A stretch of 64,000 bases of DNA from Antedon mediterranea (lineage: Eukaryota; Animalia; Echinodermata), in NCBI RefSeq assembly GCF_964355755.1, contig NC_092680.1, forward strand, positions 620,001 to 684,000. Direction: 5' to 3'. Each line of letters begins with the position of its first letter. Within the stretch, counting starts at the first letter, position 1. The notes below the pieces were generated by a model, which saw only the letters and a list, made by a program, of their open reading frames with translations, ran no database searches and was not told where the DNA came from. Positions 49,201 to 58,869 of this stretch are shown here, in pieces. A program made the position numbers and the translations under genes.

Positions 49201-52200
49201 TGTTCTTTATTTAGACACTAAAACCAAAACAGTATTTAAAGTGTAATGTAAAACCACTGTTAAAAGTGTCACAAATTTAAAAGCCTTTAGGGCATAAAGT
49301 TTATAAAACAGTGCATTATAGTATAAGAAATATAAATGCATAATTTATACCTGAACTTTAAATGTAGTTTTAATTTCCGGTTCTTCTTCCTCCTCACTAT
49401 CGTCATCATATTTCACTTTTGGTGGATTCTTTTCATTAAGCACTTGCTTAGTAACTTTGTAGATGTGGTTGGGAGATTGTTTAGACCTGACGGCAGCTTG
49501 CATTTGATTCTTTAGCTCTTGCTTGGCATTGGTGACCACCTCAAATCCACCACGTTCTTTGTTGAATGCTAGAGGCTCCACAAAAGTCTGATGAATAAAT
49601 GATAGGTAGTTAGTTTTCATTGTGGCATTCATTCTTCTAGAATAGAGTAAAGCCATTAGTACAGTAATCACTTACAAAGTAGCATCATTTTTTATTCTGG
49701 CCATTTGAGGTAGAAATCATATATTGGCTACTTTATGAGATTATGAGTATGGCATTAATTAGGATATTATAGGGGCGCTATATAACTAATAAGTTGTGTC
49801 ACTGTCATGCCATTATTCAATAACTTCTTTATACATTAAACATTTTTTTTTTCAGGATGCACAGTGTCAATATGTTTGTTTGTAACATCTCATGTGGTTT
49901 TTTAATTTTGTACCTTTTTAAAATATATCAATACTTACTGGCAATTTGAGAAACGCATTAAAATATTCAATGAATAAATTGTCCGTTGCCAAGTATTCCT
50001 CCTGTAAATGAAAACAAAATATATGCATTTATTAAAACACAAAACGATGTGCAATATAATGTATAGCTCAAGGGTAAACTTAATTTACTAAAGCCTCCTT
50101 CATAGATTTAAGAATGCTCTAAACTATAAACTAATTTATTTGTTCATTATAAGAACACATTATGTGCTATAAACTTAAACCAAACACTCAAGTGGTCTAG
50201 TGTTTTATTGATAATAATGTAAACCTCTTAACCTTCTGGGTGTAATCATACTAACAATATAGATCAACACTACATATTACATCAAATGATTCTTGGGATT
50301 TGACAGTTAACCCACAAACTATTAATTACCATTCTTTGTAGAATCTGTTGAATGTGAACATAAAAACAATAGATATTGTACTACAGTAGTTTGACTGTTG
50401 CATTGATCAACTTGTCAACATACTCTGTTGTTGCAGTCAGCAGTCTATCTCATTGTATACTGTATGTCTTTTCACTAATGTAAATATCATTAAATTAATT
50501 ATTCAGTTGACTATAGTTTGATCCTATTTCTTTAAAGCTCTGTCTACACTATCAAACTAGATGATGATGTCATATCACTACCATATTTGGGAATATCAAT
50601 ACCAATTTGGGCCCATCACACTTTTTTTTTAAATGACTAGTTTGATAGTGTAGACAGGGCTTAACAGCAGGGTTGGAGTTGTTTGGTAAAGTGTGTGCTA
50701 TTCAACTTTCTTTAAATAGAAGCTTTAGTTAAATAAATAGGTTTGTATGTGATCTATTGAAAAGGAACAATATGCTTTATCACTTAGCAACCATAACAAT
50801 GGAAAGAAGCAAGTCGTATCTGTGGAAATATAAAGCAGCTTTAAAAGAATGTGACATGGTGCATCAAAGAGCTACTTGAAGAAATGGATATCTGGATTGT
50901 ATTTGTAACTCATAACCATCTTTTCTCCAATTAACGCCCTTATATAATTATGTATTCAAAAGATGAATAAAAGTTATTCACTTTTTGCAAAAATAAATTA
51001 ATCTCATCTAATCGATGGGTGTGTCCTGTTAAAAAGCAGTTGATTTGAAATTGAAAAATGGCACTGTTGATCCAGGGCCGTAGCCAGGATCTGTCAAGGG
51101 GGGGTTCGGACACTAAATATTTGGGTCAACCCCCCCCCCCTCCCCCAGCCTGATGCGAAGCGAATTTTGTTAAATGACACCCCTAGATGGCCGGAAAAGA
51201 CACTCTCGTGCAGCATGCTATATAACCAATGAGCAAAAAGATCGTACTTTTTTCCTCCTCCTCAAACACGTCGATAATTTAAATGATGATAACTATTTGT
51301 TGCCGTATGTTAGATGCGCGTGCTCTGTGCGGAACCGCCGATTGTTTGATCATTTACTTCGTATTTTGTTTTGCGTTCAAGTTCAATGCGAACGTATATC
51401 TAGGAGCAGCCCCGAAAAAAGCACACTGGGTGAAGGCAAATGCTATTTGCTAGCTCTATCTATAATATTTATTTACAGCAATTTGTTGAGGAATATAAAT
51501 ATGTAAATAGGTGATATTGATACATTTTAGTACGTATCGGCGTGGTCTAGAAAAAAATAATCGGATGCCATAATGTGAACTACAGTACTTGATACCATAG
51601 ATATTATAGTGTAAAATATTAATATTCACTATAATCCTCTATGATACATTATACTTCATAGCCACACATAAATACTGATGTACGTCGACGCTCATACAGA
51701 GAAGTACTGTACTGTGGGGCACGTATTTGGAGGATTTTTGGAGATGAGGGTGAGGTATTGGGCATGTCAGGGATGGGGGTTCGCAGTTGGTTAAGGGGGA
51801 TCCGCTATAAAGGGGGGGTTCGCCCGAACCATAAAAACCCCCCCTGGCTACGGGCCTGTTGATGCTGTTTTGTTTCTAAATTTAATCAGATTGTAAAATG
51901 ATATAATATGAATTATTATAAACGCATCACATATTCAAAATACATCATTAATTTTAATGGAATAGAGAATAATCATGACATCATTGTGTTGCTAATGTTC
52001 AAACGGCAAACAAGTGATACCAAAAACAGTCATTGCTGAGCAATAAAAAAATGCATTGAGATTCTCTACAATATTGGTGAATAGTTGCTAGGTAACAAAC
52101 AGTTCATGCTAAAATCGACAGTAACTAATTGGCGCAGTCTAGAGAAGACATGTTTCCTAACAACAATGCTAAATGATCACAAGCTGAGAGATTTATGAAC

Positions 52201-55200
52201 ATTCAGGACAGTCAGGTTTTTGAAATTGTTTACAATGAGGTATTGTGTGCTGACAGAAATTCTACCTTAATACTAAATCTGAAACTCTCTAGAGAAATAA
52301 CCAAACTTCAAAAACTTCCTTCTATGAATGTATTTCACATAAAAATAGAACTATTTTGATCTTTGAATGTTTGAAAGTGCATCCTAAATGCACCTTAAAG
52401 GTTGCTACATACAGTATTGTACAGTACAATATATTGTTATTGTAGTTTATAAAATTACGAATTACCATTAAAAGTGTTCTTGTTTCGTCTTTTTTAAATT
52501 ACACCAAACTATTATAATATTTCCTTTAACTTTATTTTGCTACAATTTATATGCCAATACATTTTTGCATAATAATGTAATGTTTTATAATTTTTGTTTT
52601 TTTTTCATTATTTTTTACAATATGATAATGATATTTGTGACAAGCTTGTGATTTTTTCTAATTCTAAATATTTTGCTCAATGATTGAGAATTTTCTTTTT
52701 TTTATAGCTTTTGGTGTTAGGTATGATAAAAACAACACAAGTAATTCAGTTTTTTTGTCACTGTGATTTTAATAAATGAAAAATGCAAGAATAAAAAGTA
52801 AATTAAAGGCTATACTGTAATTTAGTTTCTTGTTAAAAAAATATCCTTTTTATGAAAGGATACAGACTGTTTATTTTTGCAATCACTGCAATATAAGCGA
52901 TGTTTGACAAACCTGACAACAAAACATTGCTTATTAAATTAGTCATGTTTGTAACACAATCATCAGATGCTGTCAGCCATAACTTACCAAAACCCAACAT
53001 CAATGGTATTACTTTCAACATTTTGAAAGGTAACCTGATTTTCTGGTAACAGCATCAGATGGAGTTACATAGTGTATTTTCCACAAAACCTGACAGTATA
53101 CTATAATAAATCCAGAAGGATCAAGCTAACTTTTATATTGTTAGTTAGTAGTATACAGTATTGTTTGTGGCTATAAGCTATTCAAGTTAAGTTATACAAA
53201 TGTCCGTTTGTTTGACTTCTGACACGTTTAATAGGAAAACAGAAATAAACTCTTCACTTCGGACGAGTTCTTATTCGCTACATTTTTGCAAATATTTTCA
53301 AGCATTAGAAATAGAAAATAAATATCACAGAACTTGCTTAGATTTGTTTTAACTTGTTAAATAATAATGACAGTTAAAAAATGTATTTCAAACTTGAGAT
53401 ACAAAGATTTTTGTACTATTTTTTCTTGTGAAAAGTGACACAGGGAAAGTTTAAAGATTGTCCCCCCCTAAACAAACTTTTTTTTTCACATTTTTTGTTG
53501 AATATGCCATTTTAATGTCACATAATTACTCACTTTAACCAAAAACTGGATCGAAAAATTATTTACCCAAAAAAATGTAATTTAAAGCAAAAAAATACTT
53601 AAATTGTCTGTCAGACAATGGTTTTGGTTAAAATTATCAGTTTCTTTTGTCTTTTTGTAAGTAAAACAATTTGTTTTAGTAGCAAAATGCAGGTTGCCTA
53701 GCAATGACATGCATTAGTATAGTTATCTTTCTCATTATTGCAATTTTCTATTTATTTAAGATCTATTATAAATTATTCATTATCATATAAATTAAAGCAA
53801 ATATTAGTAAATGTGTTGTTAAGCCGCCTCGTCATTTTGTTGAATAAATTATTGTGAACAACAATTAAATCATGATATTATGAATTGTGGTTATAATAAT
53901 GATGACATTTATTTAAAGGTTTTGTCCCCTGAAAAAATAACTTTTCAAATTTTTTTTGTTGAATATGTCATTTTAATGTCACATAATAGTTATAAAAATC
54001 TGAAAAAATGTAATTTAAAGCAAAAAATAGTCAAATTGTCAGACAATAGGTTTTTGGTTAATTTAACCGTTTATTTTGTCTTTTTATAAGTGAAAATATT
54101 ATTTTTTATGTTTTTTTTTTCTATGAAAGTTTTATTTTAAAAAAATGGCCTATTCAAAATTAGATTTTATTAATCTTCATTTTTCATGTTTTTGGGGTAC
54201 AATACATCTTTAAATGATTATGATGAAGATGGAATCAGAAACAAATTTGTATTATTCCTATTCAACTGATTTTAATATTCAAGATTTTTATTTCACTAAG
54301 ATACAGTAGGCATTTCTATAAATGTACTACAGAAATGACAAAGGTAATTTAAATAACTTTTCACAAAAATAATCAATAAAATTGATTCTCAGCTATTCCG
54401 TTTTCGTACCAATTACCCACAGAATAGGATAGTTAAACCTTATGCAATATGAAGGTAAACAAAGACCTATTGATTACTAGCAAGCGTTTAACCAACCACA
54501 ATATTGTAAAACAAGTAATTAAGAGTAGAATTGTTAGCGTAGCCAAGGTATTAGGTATTGAGTACAAAGTAGATACTCAATGTAGACATATTGATGCAGT
54601 TAACATCAATACATTTACAAAAAAAAGATATCGATGCTGTTCAAATAGGCAGTGTGTATCCTACATTGCAAGTGTTGTCCAAGAAGTTTGTACTTCCCCG
54701 CATTTTGAAATACTGAAATGGTGTCCGGCGGGACTTAGTTTTTTACCAACCCCCGAAACCAGTTCTAGAAATACCGGGATGGTGTCCGGCAGGGATAGTT
54801 TCACCAGCTCTTTTTATTTATTGTTAGCCGAAACCATTCAAATTCATTTCAATGTAAATGTTTTTTATATGTTTACAAATGACAATAAATTTACTTGACT
54901 TGAAAGGATAGCACAACTCATATGTTGTGAGGCATTATAGTTCAAGTGGGATGAAAGTCTCCCAGTACAGCAAGCCAGACTCATTATTGTACACATACAG
55001 TGTTCTGTTTTGCTTTGCTTTTGGTGTGGCAACATATGACATACACTCTTACCACTATGGTTCTATTTATAGTTTACCAGACAGCATGACAAGGGGGTCA
55101 GGTCAAATATAAGATGCAAAGTTTGGTTGTCTTAGTTACGATGAGAATAGTGAAAGTTACTAATATTAATATTGGTAATAAAATTATGATTGCTAATTTA

Positions 55201-56262
55201 TGATGATATACACTAGATGGACTAACTTACTGTGTCATAAACTGTCCTTTCCTGATGAATATATAGTATTACAAATTAAACCACTATATAAAAAGATGTA
55301 AATCTATCAACAGGCTAAAACAAGCCATGAGAAAAAGCTTAGTTTAGTGGTCCAAACTAATGGATGTCATGGGTTCGAGTCAATAGAAAATTACTGTTCT
55401 TAGTGTAGGCCTACTGTGAGAATTCAATACAATTACGTCAGATTAGGAGAAAACATCTGACAATTTTAATGTCAAAATTGTTTCAATTAATAATGCCTGG
55501 TTAAATTTCCGAGCAGTTTATCAACAATTCCCAGAATGGGTTCAAGTCCAACATTGCTCTTAGTTCAGTCTACTTGGATAAGGACTATAAACTATAAAAC
55601 GTCCAGTGTACACAGTTTGCCCGTGTGCACTTACCCAGTTCATCTTTTTAATTAATAATAATAATAAATCAAATCAAAGTGAAATTTATTAAATTTAAAA
55701 GAAAATCAGTTACTTACAAGGTCATCTATTGTCACCTCTGGTGGGGCTAAATAAAAATGTTAAAAAAAATATTAATAGTATTGCATTTATATTATGAATA
55801 TATAATTATAATATGCAATTTGTTTTGAAAATTCAAATATTAATTATTTAAAATTTGCAAACAATACAGGATACAAACAAATCATCAGGGGAGAATCCAG
55901 ACAGAAATCATGACAGCAAAAATGACAATATGAACTAGGTCTAGGGGCCTAGGCCTAGCCCTAGGCAGATATTAAAATGAAATTAAATATTACATTGTTA
56001 ACGGTCTTTCATTAAAAAATCATGGATTTTCCCCTGGGCCCTAATTTAGGCAGGGAGATGTAAACAAATTCATTTGTCCTGTCTAGCCTCTATTCTAGCT
56101 AGCCTAGGCTAGGCCTAGAGGCCAGCCAGTATTTATTAAACTAGGCCTAGCCTTGCCACTAGCTAGGAAGAGGCCTAGGCCTTATGCCTACTGGAATATA
56201 TAGGCTAGGCCCAAATGTTTTGTTGTTGTTCACTCACCAACAGATAGCTTCTTCTCAGGCAT
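37244..56262 (-). CDS. RGS22: Regulator of G-protein signaling 22-like gene, 22 coding exons, about 1486 aa
   Basis: Exons with phase-consistent splice sites: 56238-56262, 55718-55746, 49939-50001, 49351-49587, 49104-49217, 47564-48753, 46693-46857, 46211-46391, 45491-45792, 44460-44646 (alt acceptor 44943), 43938-44039, 43501-43695, 43084-43182, 42603-42762, 42115-42293, 41149-41376, 40620-40781 (GC donor), 39887-40069, 39332-39484, 38588-38804, 38057-38137, 37244-37452. Total 4461 nt, divisible by 3. N-terminus MPEKKLSVAPPEVTIDDLEEYLATDNLFIEYFNAFLKLPTF...WIKEERMPAFLHSDIYLEYRLAK and C-terminal RGS-like blocks (LENDILFWLEVQKFK, CFINSEMPPSLQIDI...FGPYAFREAQ, KKYFFGSNSPAT) resemble vertebrate RGS22 as I recall it. 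Confidence 0.93.
37786..37918. repeat. Near-perfect ~60-bp-arm inverted repeat (foldback/MITE-like hairpin)
   Basis: CCAGGCTCAACTATCTATACAAGGCCGTAGTGAGAGGTTAAAAACAGA, 11-nt loop, then its exact reverse complement. Outer arms ATAAACTATAC/GTATAGTTTAT. Confidence 0.92.
38934..39285 (-). mobile_element. tRNA-derived SINE with L2-like 3' tail and internal ~63-bp tandem duplication
   Basis: The minus strand shows a GGTTCGAATCC B-box, GTGTCCTTGGGCCAGATACT, the conserved SINE core CACCCAGGTGTATAAATGGGTACC, and a GCGCTTAGAG...GCGCTATAAAT-(ATT)n tail. Confidence 0.75.
39569..39681. mobile_element. Penelope-like inverted-repeat fragment with degenerate hammerhead core
   Basis: 22-bp inverted repeat (39569-39590 / 39660-39681, one mismatch) enclosing GATCAA-agcatta-TTGATC-GAAACGTC. 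A related arm sequence occurs at about 18304-18338. Confidence 0.45.
40466..40596. mobile_element. MITE family A copy, right TIR missing, 22 bp from the RGS22 GC donor
   Basis: Left TIR plus three ATCACTACCATATT subrepeats. Confidence 0.8.
41756..41878. repeat. 40-bp tandem repeat x3 derived from a dispersed repeat
   Basis: (TGACCATTCATACTTTGATCACACATTACTGGYCATTGAG)3. A single reverse-complement copy lies at 6909-6963. Confidence 0.9.
44153..44379. mobile_element. MITE with ~38-bp imperfect TIRs
   Basis: ACGCCCATATTCTTAAAC..ACTTTAGTCGTAGTTCA versus TGAACTACGACTAAAGT..GTTTAAGAATACAGGCGT. Internal GATTTAG repeats. Confidence 0.75.
44745..44860. repeat. 12-bp repeat CTGGTTAGTG(TG/CC), reading TNQH/TNQG in the RGS22 frame
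   Basis: About 9 units read directly, between two candidate acceptors of RGS22 exon 10. Confidence 0.9.
46000..46131. mobile_element. MITE family A copy (RGS22 intron 8)
   Basis: AGCTCTGTCTATACACTATCAAACT...CAAACTAGTTTGATAGTG. Confidence 0.8.
46488..46621. mobile_element. MITE family A copy (RGS22 intron 7)
   Basis: TCTACACTATCAAACT...GTGTAGACAGAGCT. Confidence 0.8.
47145..47275 (+). mobile_element. Deu-domain SINE fragment in RGS22 intron 6
   Basis: CGGATAAGGACTATAAACCATAGGTCCAGTGTACAC...GTGCACTTTAGAGAACCTAGTACATC...GAGTAGGGGGTTGCCTGGTG, same family as 35325-35585. Confidence 0.65.
47564..48753 (-). CDS. RGS22: Largest exon (1190 nt) of the RGS22-like gene: Ser/acidic low-complexity region plus start of an RGS-like domain
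   Basis: Contains the supplied 377-aa ORF (47560-48693). AG acceptor at 48754-48755, GT donor at 47562-47563. Ends with AFKNFLCGNLGEKYWSLWLDLDR, an RGS-like motif. Confidence 0.9.
50536..50661. mobile_element. MITE family A copy with internal deletion
   Basis: AGCTCTGTCTACACTATCAAACTAG...CTAGTTTGATAGTGTAGACAGGGCT. Confidence 0.82.
51073..51858. mobile_element. Non-autonomous DNA transposon, hAT-like termini
   Basis: TIRs CAGGGCCGTAGCCAGG / CCTGGCTACGGGCCTG, subterminal GGGGGGTTCG and AACCCCCC motifs, CpG-rich interior. Flanks TTGATC / TTGATG give only a partial TSD. Confidence 0.72.
52032..52164. promoter_or_regulatory. Cluster of RFX X-box-like motifs in RGS22 intron 2
   Basis: GTTGCTAGGTAAC (52084-52096), GTTTCCTAACAAC (52152-52164), ATTGCTGAGCAAT (52032-52044), plus GTTGCCTAGCAAT at 53693-53705. 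Motif match only. Confidence 0.45.
53451..54213. mobile_element. Kolobok-like (TTAA-flanked) non-autonomous element at 53912-54213 plus a partial copy at 53451-53680
   Basis: TTAAAGGTTTTGTCCCC ... GGGGTACAATACATCTTTAA termini. The interior (GTTGAATATGYCATTTTAATGTCACATAAT, AATGTAATTTAAAGCAAAAAA) is shared by both copies. Confidence 0.55.
55495..55665 (+). mobile_element. Degenerate Deu-domain SINE with B-box remnant
   Basis: GGTTCAAGTCC B-box at about 55539, then GGATAAGGACTATAAAC...GTCCAGTGTACAC...GTGCACTT and a (TAA)n tail. Confidence 0.5.
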
Positions 56263-57470
56263 ATCTATCTATCTTTAATAGCACTTTACAAATTACTGCA
56301 TTCGTTAGGCCTCGATTAGCTTAGGAATTAGGGTAGGCAGTACCGGATTTAACTCTCTCTAGCCTACCAGGCAACAGCCCAGTGCGCCTGTAAAGTTACT
56401 GCTAACTCAGCAGCAGCAGTGGAAACGTGGTAAGGCGGAGAGTCCAAAAACTTCAACATCCACCATCCTATCCATGTGTATTGTGCTGTTATACTAGCAT
56501 ATAAATGGCAAAACAATGCTGCGTTTGTGCGAGAAACGTGTAATCTTGTTGTAATATTTTGTTTGGTTGACTGATTGCATTTAAATCAATATTTATATAT
56601 GGACAACTATCCAGTAGTTTTCTTTCGTACTCTTCCCCCTAATCGGCGGTATGTTGCTATGCGTTGGTAAGCTGTACGCCTGACTGAGTTTACGTAACCT
56701 TCGACAGTAGGGAAGTTCCCTTTTGTTCCTTTTGAAATCAGTTTCATTGCCTTTTGTACGAAATTTATTTTATTACAGTAATGTATCTAAATTCTTATTT
56801 GACAATTTAGTATCAGCATGGTAAAGCGTTTTCGGAAGCTGATGGTTTCCAATGAAAGTTACACAATATTCGTTTAATAGAAAAAAATAATTATGCCAAA
56901 CGCTACAGCTACACTGTCATCACATTCTATTCTATTCAAAGTAGAATTAGACTTCCATGATCTATTTCCATTTTGATACATTTGTACTGTATTTTACCAC
57001 TTGTTGGGTTGTAGTTTTTCGTAAGATAGGGAACGTTTATTGGATTGGACCTGGACCATTAGCATACACCTCCATCCAACAATTAAAGTCTCCCTCAAAC
57101 CTCCGTCGTCGAATAACTCTACTAAAAACCCACTAGATAATAAACGACGCATTAAAAACTACCTGCTGGGTAATAAACGCCCCACCCAAGCATTGATTAC
57201 AGAGTGAAATAAGGCAAAATTTGTTTTTTGATATCTTTCATTTGGGACCCAAAAAAATGTCCCCTAATAGGAGTGTCTTAAAGGAGGAGTTTACTAGTAG
57301 TAGGCCTACTACTGTGGTCTTTTTTGTAAACAAGCTATTGAGGGCGCTAACCTAATCTATTTATTTATTAAACAGATCATGATGTTTTTTTTTCAATCCT
57401 TCATTGTAGCTTAAGTTAATGAAGGCACTTGTATATTTTGTCTGCTTTACTTGTCCTATTAAAATATCTT

Positions 57471-57542
57471 ATCATGTCATGTCATGTCATGTCATGTCAT
57501 ATCATGTCATGTCATGTCATGTCATGTCATGTCATGTCATGT
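57471..57542. repeat. (CATGT)n microsatellite
   Basis: About 14 pentamer units. Confidence 0.9.
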
Positions 57543-58869
57543 TACCATCTGACTGTTGTATATAATTTATGCATTATTTGTCCTATACTTTTATTTTGAT
57601 TCATATTCTTATATACTATTGTTCCTCGATATTTGCATAAATGAATTCATTGATTGATATAATCTCAATTTCAATGACTATTTACTTTTTTACAATGCTG
57701 TGAAATTTTTATCTGTCATTCAGAATGATTAGATAGAACATTTATATTATCAACAATTCCTTATTATTGTTTGATGAACAAGGGATTAACTTTGAGGAAA
57801 AAGATTAATCGGATTTCAATTTCTCAAAAAAACAAAAATTAAAAATTAAAAAACAATAAATAAATGTTGATGTTCCTATGGTGTTTTTTCGAATTGTTTG
57901 TGTACCTGTTCTCGGCTTCCGTCGGATTTTGAGCGACTCCCGGGTCTCAGAGCATGTCGTGGATTGTGGATAGATCACTCTATTCAAAGTTTATCAGGGC
58001 AGAGTTAAACTACAAAGTAATTTTGCCCACGGGTTTTTCCTTTAATGGTCCATTATCTGTCTGAATCTACTGAGAAACAAACATCGTTCGTCTCATGAAA
58101 GCTATGCATAAGCCTACTACCTGACACAATTTGACATTAACAATATCGATGTCAATTTTATCGTTATTTATTTGTTAAAACATTAATAAGCAAATGTCAT
58201 CAACCGATATAGCACATAATGCCATTATTAAAAATTATATTTATAAAATAAATAGGAAGAGCGTCATTGTCTTATAGAGTGTTTTGATCTGATGGTGACC
58301 ATGGTAAAGACACGTGCATCCTCAACAAGGTATTGTGTAAAACATATTCATGATCGTTCTGAAATAATATCAACCTCATCATCTTTATTTATAATATTAA
58401 TATACACCTAAAATTAACCTCGCACGCGTTTGATGTATTCTTTATACTTTCTATTCATTCAAGACAATTGGTACTAATTCTGTCAATCATGTTTTTGTAT
58501 GTACATTGTAATATGAATGTCTTTGTTTACTTGTATTGTATAATCATATTACTAATTAGTTATTATTATTATTAGTTATTATTATTATTAGTTATTATTA
58601 TTGCCTTAGGATGTTTGGAGCAGCATGAATAATACAAAGTTAAGCAACATAATAAAAAAAAATTAAAATATACCGTGTAAATATAATACGGTTATTTAAT
58701 TAATACATTGAGATACAATGAAAAGAGAGAAACAAGATAAGGGAAGCGTATGACAGTAAGCTATCTTCATTTTGACACAATGTTGGTACGATACACTTGT
58801 CTATTGATGCTGAACTAAAGCATGTCTCATTCGTTCTGCTGATAATTTGAAATTTACGTCAAAGCAAAA

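Noticed and set aside
54449-54898. 149-aa plus-strand ORF in RGS22 intron 2
   Set aside because: No recognisable domain or splice structure. It contains a duplicated ATGGTGTCCGGC motif suggestive of a repeat remnant.
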